A stretch of 64,000 nt of DNA, from positions 1,554 through 65,553 of the forward strand of contig JBDRHE010000008.1 in the NCBI GenBank assembly GCA_043817155.1, in the 5' to 3' direction. The number at the start of each line of letters is the position of its first letter. Position 1 is the stretch's first letter. Shown piece after piece: positions 51,621-61,975 of this stretch. Source of the DNA: Candidatus Omnitrophota bacterium. Lineage in GTDB: Bacteria; Omnitrophota; Gorgyraeia; JABMRN01; RBG-13-46-9. Under the pieces are notes generated by a model. It searched no databases. It saw nothing but the letters and a program-made list of their open reading frames with translations, and was not told the DNA's origin. Both the position numbers and the translations under genes were made by a program.

Positions 51621-53157
51621 TATGGCAAAAGCAAAAATCTCGAAAAAGAATATCGGCTTTGACAATGAGAAGTACCTGAAGGAACAGACGCAGGCAATAT
51701 TAAAAAGAGTAAAGAAATTCAACAACAAGCTGTATCTGGAATTCGGAGGCAAGATCATCTTCGACATGCATGCTTCCAGAGTCCTTCCCGGATTCGATCC
51801 CAACGTCAAGATGCGGCTTTTGCAAAAGCTTAAGGACAAGGCCGACATCATACTCTGTATCTATGCAGGAGATATTGAGAGAAAGAAGGTGCGGGCGGAT
51901 TTTGGCATTACCTATGATGTAGATGCGATGAAACTCATCGACGACCTTAGGGGGTGGGGTATCGATGTTGCAGCGGTTGTAATAACACGTTTTGATAATC
52001 AGCCTGCGACAAAGGTCTTCAAGAACAAGCTTGAGCGTAGAGGCATGAAGGTGTATACGCACCGCTTCACAAAGGGCTACCCTACCGATGTGGACCTGAT
52101 CGTTAGTGATAACGGGTATGGCGCGAACAGTTATATAAAGACCAAGAAACCCCTGGTGGTTATTACCGGTCCCGGGCCAGGGAGCGGGAAGCTCGCAACA
52201 TGCCTTTCACAGCTTTATCACGAATATAAGAGAGGCGTAAGCGCCGGCTACGCCAAGTTCGAGACATTTCCTATTTGGAATCTTCCTCTGAGACACCCGG
52301 TAAATGTAGCATATGAGGCCGCAACAGCGGATCTTAGAGATTTCAATCTCGTAGATCCTTTCCATCTGGAGGAATATGGCGAAACCTCCATTAACTACAA
52401 CCGCGATGTCGACGCCTTTCCTCTTCTTAAGCGCATAATAGAGAAGATAACAAAGAAGAAGTCCTTTTATCAGTCACCGACGGATATGGGAGTGAACAAG
52501 GCAGGTTTCGGGATAATAGACGACAAAGTCACAAAGGGCGCAGCGAAGGAGGAGATCATAAGAAGGTACTTTAGATCGGCCTGTGAATACGTATTGGGCT
52601 TTGTGGATAAGGGAACGCTCGATAGATCTACTTTGATCATGGAAGGGGTGGGGTTAAAGCCGGAAGAGAGGCGTGTAGTCAAACCGGCCCGAAAGGCAGC
52701 CGAAGAAGCGCAGCGCAAGAAAAAGGGAAATGACGGGATCTTTTGCGGTGCCGCAATAGAACTGAAAGACGGATCGATCGTTACGGGAAAGAACTCACCG
52801 CTCATGCATGCTGCTTCGAGTCTCGTATTGAACGTCATAAAGGAGCTGGCTGAGATACCGGATAAGATCCATCTTCTCTCTCCCGAGATCTTAAGATCGA
52901 TAGCCGATCTCAAGAAGAATATATCGCATTCGAAGAGCGTAAGCCTGGATCTCGAAGAGACGCTAATAGCATTAAGTATAGGCGCTACCAGTAATCCGAC
53001 AGCTAAGATGGCTCTAGACAAGCTTAAGGATCTTCATGGGTGCCAGGTGCATACAACTCACATTCCTACTCCTGGCGATGAGACAGGTTTAAGGCGTCTG
53101 GGAGTAAATCTTACAAGCGATCCCAACTTTTCATCAAAGCTACTATTCGTTACGTGA
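51621..53157 (+). CDS. DUF1846 (UPF0371) family protein
   Basis: The conserved family N-terminus IGFDNEKYL...[23 protein letters not shown]. About 510 aa. Confidence 0.55.
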
Positions 53158-53474
53158 TCTAGGGGCTATTAAGATATAGGGAAAATCCCTGGCGAAGATT
53201 CCTCTCCGAGCCTACGGCTCGTAGAGCCGGAGGCCTGCCTCTTTGCCATATTCCTTATCTTTCATAACTTATTCATTTACAAGAAGTTACAAACCTACGC
53301 GAAAATCAAATCCTCTTGATGCCCATTTCGTGCCTTGATTTTACCACAATTAAGGTGTATCATGTAAACGTGAGGATTCAGAATATTTCTCCAAAAAAGA
53401 AGGTATAAGGGAATAATAAAACAATAAATACAGCTTAAATTTGAGCTGTAACTGCATAATCATGGAGGTGCAAT

Positions 53475-55229
53475 ATGATATTAAAAAATGATACTTCGAA
53501 AAGTGTTTTCTGGTCTGCCGTTTCGACCTTAACGGCTACGATCACCAGGTCATTCAGGGCAATGATCATAACGTTAATATTGTCCATGTTCAGCCCGTGG
53601 GGGACAGAGTATTCTACAGCGAAAGATGATGATAAAAAACCAATTAATATCCTGTTTATTCTTACCGATAACCAGCCGCCGTCTACAATCGGTTGTTACG
53701 GCAACAAAGAAATATATACTCCCAACATTGACAGGCTGGCCGCGGAGGGGATACAGTTTCAAAACGCCTTTGCATGCAACGGCATGTGTTCTCCTACCAG
53801 AGCTTCGATAATGACGGCGCTCATGCCTTCTCAGCACGGTGTCCACACACAGCTGTCCGACCAGCTGCAGAAAGAATGGCCGAAAAACTGGTGCTCTGTC
53901 AGTGAATTCCGAACACTACCTCAGACACTATCAGACGCGGGATATCAGACCGCCTTAATAGGCAAATATCACCTGGGTATACCGGATAAGCCGCACCTTA
54001 AATTCGATGACTGGGTTACTTTCCCTGACGGGCATACATGGTGCTTTTACGGAAACGAGATAATAGATAACGGCAGGACCTACAGACATGAGGGGCATCT
54101 TACGGATTTCTGGACCAAAAAAGCCGTCGAATATATTGAGAGCTATGATGGTAAAAAACCTTTCTTCATCTACCTGGCTTACGACGCGCCTTACTCTTTG
54201 CCCCCGTCAATTTCCGGCCCGGCAAAGAACCGTTTTGCCGGAATGTACGAAGGCAAAGAGATGAAATATTCTCCGCAGATGGCGATGAACAAGATGATGA
54301 TGGAATACATGCTCAAGTCAGAAGAATATTACGGCTCTGCTCACGCCAACTGGATAAAAACCCTAAATGACACGCTGAACGACCAGGATTCCATACGGAA
54401 TCTGGCTTCTCAGGTAACGCTTGTGGACGACGGTGTTGGCAAGGTTCTCGAAGCCCTCAAAAAGAAAGGGCTTGATGAAAACACGTTGGTGGTCTTTACA
54501 TCCGATCAGGGGATAGCATACGGACAAAAGGGGTTCTGGGGGCAGACCGAAAACTCAATTCCTTCCAACCTTTACGAAACACCCATGAGCGTACCTCTGA
54601 TATTCCGGCACAAGGATCATATCCCTACCGGGCAAAAAACGGATATGCTCGTGAATGATTACGATCTTTTTCCGACTATCCTCGGTTATGCCGGCCTGGG
54701 GTATGTCAAAATAGCCAATACGCCCGGCAAAGATATTACCCCTTTGTTAAAAGGCGGAAAGACGGCGTGGGACCGCGACGCAATATTTATGGAACAGGAA
54801 GTTACGAGGGCGATCCGGACCGACGAATGGAAGTACATTAAAAGATGTCCGGTAGTCGTTGAAAAGCTTTTCAGCAAAGAAGAAGAACTGTCAAAAGACG
54901 CTCTTCTCGCTCTGGGTAAATACCCAAACTTTGAAATGGTCATAGGGATGTTTGCGCCCCCTTCTTACGGCGATGAGTTGTACAATATAAAGCGCGATCC
55001 CGGTGAAACTGAAAATCTGGCCAGTGACCCGAAATACGCGAAGGTAAAAGATGAACTCGGCAAACGGCTTACCGATTTTTTTGACAAATATTCCGACCCC
55101 AAGTACGACCTGTGGAAAGGCGGTACAGTCAAATCCAATTCAAACGTGGAATACATATGGAAAAAGATATGGCCCGGTTGGAAGCCGTTGACCGACCCGG
55201 TGGAGCGGCCTTTTTCCGATAAAAAATGA
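53475..55229 (+). CDS. Cys-type sulfatase
   Basis: FILTDNQ ... CSPTRASIMT (the C-x-P-x-R formylglycine motif) and a GKYH-type metal site. Strong RBS GGAGG. Confidence 0.8.
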   Translation: MILKNDTSKSVFWSAVSTLTATITRSFRAMIITLILSMFSPWGTEYSTAKDDDKKPINILFILTDNQPPSTIGCYGNKEIYTPNIDRLAAEGIQFQNAFACNGMCSPTRASIMTALMPSQHGVHTQLSDQLQKEWPKNWCSVSEFRTLPQTLSDAGYQTALIGKYHLGIPDKPHLKFDDWVTFPDGHTWCFYGNEIIDNGRTYRHEGHLTDFWTKKAVEYIESYDGKKPFFIYLAYDAPYSLPPSISGPAKNRFAGMYEGKEMKYSPQMAMNKMMMEYMLKSEEYYGSAHANWIKTLNDTLNDQDSIRNLASQVTLVDDGVGKVLEALKKKGLDENTLVVFTSDQGIAYGQKGFWGQTENSIPSNLYETPMSVPLIFRHKDHIPTGQKTDMLVNDYDLFPTILGYAGLGYVKIANTPGKDITPLLKGGKTAWDRDAIFMEQEVTRAIRTDEWKYIKRCPVVVEKLFSKEEELSKDALLALGKYPNFEMVIGMFAPPSYGDELYNIKRDPGETENLASDPKYAKVKDELGKRLTDFFDKYSDPKYDLWKGGTVKSNSNVEYIWKKIWPGWKPLTDPVERPFSDKK

Positions 55230-56413
55230 ACTATTCAAAAGATTCACAGTTTCATGTGATAGCGAAGACCGTAGGCTCCGAATGCAACCTGGAGTGTAGT
55301 TACTGCTATTACCTAGATAAGAGGAGCCGCATTTCGAGAGGCGGGAACTTCCTCATCCCGGACGACACTCTAGAAAATTTCATACATCAGTATATTAACG
55401 GGCAGGGGCATAAAGAAATCCGATTTTCCTGGCAGGGCGGGGAACCCACACTTGCTGGGATACCTTTTTTCGAAAAAGTTATAGCTTTACAGAAAAAGCA
55501 TCGCCCGCCAGGGAAAAATGTATATAATGATTTTCAGACGAACGGCGTTCTTCTCGATGACGGGTGGTGCGCGTTTTTACATGAAAACAACTTTCTTGTG
55601 GGGCTTAGCGTTGACGGCCCTCGTCAGCTGCATGACAAATACCGCCTTGATAAAAAAGGCGGTTCCACCTTCGATAAAATAGTTAACGCCGCGAAGCTTC
55701 TAAAAAATCACAAAGTGGAGTACAACACTTTGACCGTTGTGAACCGCGTCAATGCCGGACACCCTCTGGATGTTTATAGGTTCCTCCGCGATGAAGTAGA
55801 TTCCACATATATGCAGTTTATCGCCTGCGTTGAGCCGGAGGACTTTAAAACCGCGGCTCCGCACGGGGGCAACTCTACCGTTACGGGATGGTCGGTTGCT
55901 GCGCTCGACTACGGGGATTTTTTGTGCGGTATATTCGATGAATGGTACGGGAGCGATATAGGTAGAGTTTTTGTCGTTAATTTCGAGGCAGCTCTTAATC
56001 TGTGGATGGGGAAGCGTTCGTCAGTGTGTTATTTCTCTGAGACTTGCGGAAAATCCCTTGCCATGGAAAATGACGGCAGTCTCTATTCGTGCGACCACTA
56101 TGTCTATCCTGAGCATAAACTTGGGAATATAGACCAGAAATCCCTGCCGGAGATGGCATTTTCCAGACGGCAGATGGATTTCGGTTTAAGCAAGACCAGC
56201 TCTTTGCCATCGTGCTGTCGTGCGTGCAAGTACCTGTTCGCGTGTAACGGCGGATGTCCGAAAAATCGTCTGATCTTCACGCCGGAGGGGCAGTCCGGAC
56301 TAAATTATCTTTGCCGCGGACTTAAAAGATACTTCAGCCACATCGAGCCTTATATGGATTCTTTTAGCGAAAGGATCAAGAAATCACAGACAGTATCTCG
56401 GGACGGTTGTTGA
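55226..56413 (+). CDS. Anaerobic sulfatase-maturating enzyme (radical SAM/SPASM)
   Basis: CNLECSYCYY (Cx3Cx2C). C-terminal SPASM Cys clusters (CRACKYLFACNGGCPKNR). The start overlaps the sulfatase stop (ATGA). Confidence 0.75.
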   Translation: MNYSKDSQFHVIAKTVGSECNLECSYCYYLDKRSRISRGGNFLIPDDTLENFIHQYINGQGHKEIRFSWQGGEPTLAGIPFFEKVIALQKKHRPPGKNVYNDFQTNGVLLDDGWCAFLHENNFLVGLSVDGPRQLHDKYRLDKKGGSTFDKIVNAAKLLKNHKVEYNTLTVVNRVNAGHPLDVYRFLRDEVDSTYMQFIACVEPEDFKTAAPHGGNSTVTGWSVAALDYGDFLCGIFDEWYGSDIGRVFVVNFEAALNLWMGKRSSVCYFSETCGKSLAMENDGSLYSCDHYVYPEHKLGNIDQKSLPEMAFSRRQMDFGLSKTSSLPSCCRACKYLFACNGGCPKNRLIFTPEGQSGLNYLCRGLKRYFSHIEPYMDSFSERIKKSQTVSRDGC

Positions 56414-56832
56414 AGTACTAATTCTGCGGATAAGACCCGGCACATTGAAACACGTTCCTGTATATGTAATTCCAGGTGCCCAAACGGTGCCCCCTCCTAC
56501 GCCCGGCAGGCAGAACTTCATGGAGGTATGTCTTCGGAGGGCAGGCATCTAAAGCCTAAAAAGAAGCATAGTTAAGCAGCGTGTCCCCTTAATTAACCCT
56601 TGGGTCTATTTTAATATTGACGTATGATTCTATCTATAAGGAGTTAACTTATGGCCGATAAATCAGTTGAGAAAATAATTCAAGAATTAAAAACCTGCGA
56701 AAGAAGCATACCTAAAGAACAGATGAAGAGGATCTAATTACCGATAAATATGTAGCCAATTAATGTAACACTATTATTTTGTTTGGGTTATGACAAAAGG
56801 ATCTAGATCCGGGTTACAATTACAATTCTAAC

Positions 56833-57576
56833 ATGACAGAGATACTTTCAGTAAAAGGGCTCGTCAAATCATACGGCAAACTTATGGCCGTAAACGCTAT
56901 ATCCTTTAGCGTTAGGCGCAATGAGATCGTAGGCCTTCTCGGCCCGAACGGAGCCGGGAAGACCACCACCATAAATATGGTACTGGGTGTACTGGAACCT
57001 GATGGCGGGAACATACTGATAGACGGATTGGACCTTAAATCCGATCGCTCGCGTGCTATTTCGCGCACGAATTTCACCGCCGCGCATACGCCATTGCCCG
57101 GCAACCTTAAGGTAAGGGAGAACTTAAGGATCTTTGCGGCTCTATACGGGGTAAAAGATGTTGCCCGGCGCGTGGACGAAGTTATAAAAGAGTTTGATCT
57201 CGAGAAGTTTCGCAACAAGAAATGTGGTTTGCTTTCCTCGGGCGAACAGGTGCGCACAGGCCTCGCCAAAGCGATGCTTAACGAGCCGACACTTCTCTTG
57301 CTTGACGAACCCACCGCGTCGCTTGACCCGTCTACAGCGCAGGATATTCGCGCGATAATACGCGCGTTCGCAACAAACGGCCCCGGAGGGATATTGTGGA
57401 CCTCTCACAATATGTACGAGGTAGAGGAGGTATGCGATCGCGTACTTTTTTTATCACACGGCAAGATACTTCTGGAAGGTGATCCGAAAACACTTCCGTC
57501 CGAGCATGGCAAAAAAACACTGGAAGAACTCTTCATTAAAGTTGCCCGCGAACCGCTTACACTGGGAGATTTTTAG
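56833..57576 (+). CDS. ABC transporter ATP-binding protein (ABC-2 exporter type)
   Basis: Walker A GPNGAGKTT, the signature LSSGEQ, and Walker B LLLDEPT. Confidence 0.8.
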   Translation: MTEILSVKGLVKSYGKLMAVNAISFSVRRNEIVGLLGPNGAGKTTTINMVLGVLEPDGGNILIDGLDLKSDRSRAISRTNFTAAHTPLPGNLKVRENLRIFAALYGVKDVARRVDEVIKEFDLEKFRNKKCGLLSSGEQVRTGLAKAMLNEPTLLLLDEPTASLDPSTAQDIRAIIRAFATNGPGGILWTSHNMYEVEEVCDRVLFLSHGKILLEGDPKTLPSEHGKKTLEELFIKVAREPLTLGDF

Positions 57577-57578
57577 AT

Positions 57579-58382
57579 ATGTCGTTTCACCGCATTTTCG
57601 CGCTTTTGCTTCGTCAATTATACCTTATACGGGGAAGCTTCGCGCGCCTCTTCCCGCTTTTCGCGTGGGCCGGAATCGACATGGTTCTCTGGGGATTTTT
57701 GACAAGATATCTCAACACTTTTGTTTCTTCAGGGTATAATTTTGTCCCTGCGCTTCTGGGAGCGGTCCTTTTATGGGATTTTTTTATACGCATTATGCAG
57801 GGTATAACAATGGCCTTTTTTGAAGACGTGTGGTCCAACAATTTCATAAACATATTCGCTACGCCGCTTCTCGTATCCGAATATGTGGCAGGCCTGGTTA
57901 TTTCAAGTATTGCGACCAGCATAATAGGCCTTTCTGTTATGCTGACTATAGTAGGCTTATTCTTTAATCTGTCTGTCTTTGTTTATGGTATCATGGCTAT
58001 ACCGTTCGTAGCGGTGCTTTTCCTGTTTGGAATTTCCATAGGTATTTTTGGAACCGCTCTGGTATTACATTTTGGTCCGGCATCGGAATGGTTTATATGG
58101 CCTATCCCGGCCCTTATTTCCCCGTTTGCCGGAGTTTTGTATCCTATTTCAACGCTCCCGCGCTTGATGCAGTATATATCTCGCATATTTCCGCCTTCTT
58201 ATGTGTTCGAGGGCCTTAGAGCGATCGTGTTGAACAGGGAATTTTCCGGTGTCACGCTGATATGGGCGGCCTTTTTAGCCGGAGTTTATATAGTACTGGC
58301 GTATCTTTTTTTTGTGAAAGTTTACAAAAAATCTTTGCGCACAGGCCTCCTGGCCCGTTACAGCGCCGAAAGCTTAAATTAA
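57579..58382 (+). CDS. ABC-2 family transporter permease
   Basis: 6 TM. Translationally coupled to the ATPase. Confidence 0.7.
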   Translation: MSFHRIFALLLRQLYLIRGSFARLFPLFAWAGIDMVLWGFLTRYLNTFVSSGYNFVPALLGAVLLWDFFIRIMQGITMAFFEDVWSNNFINIFATPLLVSEYVAGLVISSIATSIIGLSVMLTIVGLFFNLSVFVYGIMAIPFVAVLFLFGISIGIFGTALVLHFGPASEWFIWPIPALISPFAGVLYPISTLPRLMQYISRIFPPSYVFEGLRAIVLNREFSGVTLIWAAFLAGVYIVLAYLFFVKVYKKSLRTGLLARYSAESLN

Positions 58383-58720
58383 TATTAAATAGTTGGTGTT
58401 TTTAGAGGGTCGGGTCTCGCCATGTGCAAAAAACCGGCAAAGATGGCGATTATCGAGGCGCGACCCTAACGATTTACAAAGGACACACTTTAGTGTATAT
58501 CATTATCATTGACCTGGTGTCAAATGTATCTTGAAGGGTGTTCGATTTAGTGGTAAAATAAGACTTGTGGATTTGGGTTACAGTGAGGGGCGAGTCTAAG
58601 TTCATAGCTAGAATCATCATAATCTACATTGGGTAAATCCGTGATGGTTAGGCATGCCGTTGCGGCCCTGTAAACCGCAAAAAACCGGAGACAAACCACC
58701 AAACAATATAGGAAGCGCTT

Positions 58721-59950
58721 ATGAAAAAAATTATTTATCACTACAGAATCATAAAATTCTTTGTGTGCCTTTTGTGTTTGACGGCAACTACTTCAATCGG
58801 TTTGGCCGTCGCGGAAGATTTTGGTTTTATAACAAGCGAACAGAGGAAACTTAATAGAGATAATGAAAATATGGAATTTCAGGAGCGTTTTCAGTGGTGG
58901 CCCACAGACGCTATGCCTGCGCCGGTAGAGGACAAGGAGCGCGGAGGATACTGGTGGTGGCCTAATACGCCCGGCAAAACAGAACTGTTATGGGGGAACA
59001 GGGGCTATGTATATGTGAGAAAAATAATCTTTGATTACAAAGCGGAAGAACTTCCTCCGCCAAAACCCGAAGAATTACGCCCGTCTCTTCTCATAAAGAA
59101 AGAAATCAAAAATGTGAAGATATACTTCGATTACGACAAAGCTGATTTAAGAGCCGACCACATTCCTATTCTGGAGGACGCAGTCAGGATTTTAAGGAAA
59201 AACTCCAAAGCCGATATCCTGATTACCGGAAATTGCGATAGCCGCGGCTCAGAGACCTATAATGAAAATTTAGGTAAACAACGGGGGGTAGCGGTTAAGG
59301 ATTTCATGATAGAAAAAGGTATTCCTGAAGACCGTATCCGTATAATAAGCAAGGGAAAGCTTGGCGCCGTAGCGCCTATTACCGACCTTGTGGGTATGCA
59401 AAAGGATAGGAATGCCCAGTTCATGGTTGCCGAGGTTGAGGAGATAATGATTCCCTACAAAGGGGAAGGGAAGGCCGGAGAACTCGATGCTACGCCTATA
59501 GGTGAGAATCGATATGCCACCGAGGAGAATATAGTCGTTGAATCCCAAGTCAAGGTTTCTACAAAGGAATACGTTGTGCAAAAAGGGGATACGCTTAAGA
59601 AAATCGCGGAGGAGCAATTGGGCGGTATTCACAGATGGAAATATCTGTATGAATTCAACAAGGCGCAAATCAAAGACCCCGCCGCGCTTCAGCCGGGAAC
59701 GGTCATAATAATCCCTATAGAACAGGAGGGTCATGGAAAAGCGCCTAATGCAAAGGCAGTTACCGTTACCGAAACTTCACCCGGGTGGCGAACTTATACA
59801 ATTAGCAAAAACGATTCTTTGTGGAAAATAGCTAAGAAACAGCTGGGAGATGGAAAGCGCTGGAAGGAGATATACGAACTTAACAAAGGTAAAATTAAGA
59901 ATCCGGATGCGCTTATTGCGGGCACACAAATCATAATACCCGTTAAGTGA
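58721..59950 (+). CDS. Secreted OmpA-domain protein with two C-terminal LysM domains
   Basis: Signal peptide. OmpA_C motif (FDYDKADL...TGNCDSRGSETYNENLGKQRGVAVKDFM). Two LysM repeats (YVVQKGDTLKKIA..., YTISKNDSLWKIA...). Confidence 0.75.
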   Translation: MKKIIYHYRIIKFFVCLLCLTATTSIGLAVAEDFGFITSEQRKLNRDNENMEFQERFQWWPTDAMPAPVEDKERGGYWWWPNTPGKTELLWGNRGYVYVRKIIFDYKAEELPPPKPEELRPSLLIKKEIKNVKIYFDYDKADLRADHIPILEDAVRILRKNSKADILITGNCDSRGSETYNENLGKQRGVAVKDFMIEKGIPEDRIRIISKGKLGAVAPITDLVGMQKDRNAQFMVAEVEEIMIPYKGEGKAGELDATPIGENRYATEENIVVESQVKVSTKEYVVQKGDTLKKIAEEQLGGIHRWKYLYEFNKAQIKDPAALQPGTVIIIPIEQEGHGKAPNAKAVTVTETSPGWRTYTISKNDSLWKIAKKQLGDGKRWKEIYELNKGKIKNPDALIAGTQIIIPVK

Positions 59951-60131
59951 ATGGGTGTAAGCGGTTTGACCTGACCCCCTTAAACTTTTTTGAGATTCAA
60001 ACTCGTGTCATCCCCGCGGAAGCGGGGATCCATTGTTGACTCTCGCCTGGATTCCCGCTTGCGCGGGAATGACAAACAGTCTAATTTGGACAGTTATGAT
60101 ATAGTGTGTATACTAAATGCGGAGGTGAGAG

Positions 60132-60545
60132 ATGAATCATTCTTTTTTTCTGACAGTAATCTTGCTTGTTTTCCTGTCCGCACCAGCCTATTGCCAGAGC
60201 GATGAAGAAGTACGCGATACCGATGTTTTGTTCGAAAATGAAGCGTTTGTCGACGAACCCTCCCTCTCCTGTATGCCCGCAGGATCCACAAAGACTGAAA
60301 CTGAAGATCAGGAACAGCGGGAAGAAACAAACCCGGAAGAAGATGAAGAGAACGATATTTATCAGCCGGGTCTCCTCGAAAAAGTAGAAAAAGAAGGAAT
60401 TATCGCTGCGCAGGAGGAGAAGCAGGGCTCCGCGTATGACCCTGACCCCTCCCATCTCATGGAGAGTAAGGAAGACGAGCGGATTTACGATATAGGTCGT
60501 CAGCGCGACCAAAGATCCGCGCCCATTCGCACACGCAGACGATAG
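60132..60545 (+). CDS. Hypothetical secreted acidic low-complexity protein
   Basis: Signal peptide followed by Glu/Asp-rich sequence. Confidence 0.4.
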   Translation: MNHSFFLTVILLVFLSAPAYCQSDEEVRDTDVLFENEAFVDEPSLSCMPAGSTKTETEDQEQREETNPEEDEENDIYQPGLLEKVEKEGIIAAQEEKQGSAYDPDPSHLMESKEDERIYDIGRQRDQRSAPIRTRRR

Positions 60546-60690
60546 AAGAACCTTCCATCTGTGATCGGCATTGGGGTTGCGTTCCGACAATCGACATTTT
60601 TAGCGTTTTGTCAAATGCCGAGATCTCGCCATTTGATAAACGTTGTCAATTGTCGTGACCCAATGCTCAGACTTTTACGGAGGGTCATAC

Positions 60691-61401
60691 ATGAACCTCA
60701 TCCTTTTATTAAAAGAAGATTTTATCGCAGGGCATGATCGCGTCCGTCTCTCAGGCAGGAGGCATAAGCACATCCGCGATATCCTAAAATCTTCTGCCGG
60801 CGATGAGCTGTGTGTCGGCCGAGAAGGTAGCCGGATCGGCACGGGCCGGGTGCTGGCAATTGATAATAAGATGGTCGAGATGAATGTCACATTAGAGAAA
60901 GACCCGCCATTGCCGCTGCCGCTTACCCTGATACTGGCCCTGCCGCGGCCGCTCGTCCTGAGGAGGGTGTTGATCCACTCGACAGTCCTTGGCGTAAAAA
61001 AGATCATATTACTGCATACGAAAAGGGTCCAGAAAAGTTATTGGAAGAGCCCCGCCCTTAGAGAGGAAAAGATAAGAGAACAGTTCATACTGGGGCTTGA
61101 ACAGGCAAAGGATACTGTTATGCCCAAGATCCAATTCCGCAAGAAGTTTAAGCCTTTCGCAGAGGATGAGCTCCCCGATATGATCAAAGGGAGCCAGGCA
61201 TTTGTTGCCAACTGCGAAGGAGATGCGGCACATCCGATCAAAGGCGATAGGCCGGTCATACTTGTGATAGGGCCGGAGGGCGGGTTTATTCCTTACGAGA
61301 TCGAGAGGCTTAAAAAAAGCGGATGCAGAGCTGTCAACTTCGGCGAGCGCATCATGAATGTGGAAACGGCTGTAGTTGCCTGCATCTCCAGGCTTATGTA
61401 A
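60691..61401 (+). CDS. rsmE: 16S rRNA (uracil1498-N3)-methyltransferase
   Basis: RsmE PUA-like N-terminus. The C-terminal SPOUT knot has GPEGGF and a glycine-rich loop. The RBS GGAGGG precedes 60691. Confidence 0.7.
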   Translation: MNLILLLKEDFIAGHDRVRLSGRRHKHIRDILKSSAGDELCVGREGSRIGTGRVLAIDNKMVEMNVTLEKDPPLPLPLTLILALPRPLVLRRVLIHSTVLGVKKIILLHTKRVQKSYWKSPALREEKIREQFILGLEQAKDTVMPKIQFRKKFKPFAEDELPDMIKGSQAFVANCEGDAAHPIKGDRPVILVIGPEGGFIPYEIERLKKSGCRAVNFGERIMNVETAVVACISRLM

Positions 61402-61975
61402 AAAGTTAATAGGGACGTGTCAAAAATGGACATGCTATAAGTGACACCTCCCCAAAATACGCAAAGGATAATAGGCAAATTTGGACATTTTTACAGTAGT
61501 TCGACGCATTCGTTTCGCTCATTTGCTCACCGCGAATTCGAGCCCCGTTCCGACCTAAACGCAGAAAGGTAGCGTATAATATTCTGTGTAAATTCAACAT
61601 GTCAGATGGCTACGGCGCGGCCTTTCAGACGAATTTTGCGGCTCACTGCAATTGGTGTATTTAATATTTCTCGCCGCCTCCGGCGTCTTTACTCAATTGC
61701 TTTCGTTCGCGCACAAAATTTTCTGTCTTCAAGGCCACGCCGTAGCCATCTGCCTTAAGTTACGCAAATGGAATTGACACAATATTTTTAACGCAACCAC
61801 GCAGAAATTCTGTATTTAAATCCTTAATATTTGTGATACAATGCGTTAGCAACAACGCCTGTAGAGCGTCTTATTTATAGCGAAATTTAGTGGAACCCCC
61901 GGACTAAAGTCCGGGGAATCCTGCGGGCGGATTGAAAAATATACAGTTGGATAAAACGTTTACTAACTCCTAATT

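Noticed and set aside
55226-56740. RiPP (radical-SAM/SPASM plus peptide plus ABC exporter) cluster
   Set aside because: The radical-SAM gene overlaps the stop of a Cys-type sulfatase (CSPTR) by ATGA coupling. This argues for an anaerobic sulfatase maturase. The small ORF has a single Cys, which is not enough for sacti/ranthipeptide chemistry.
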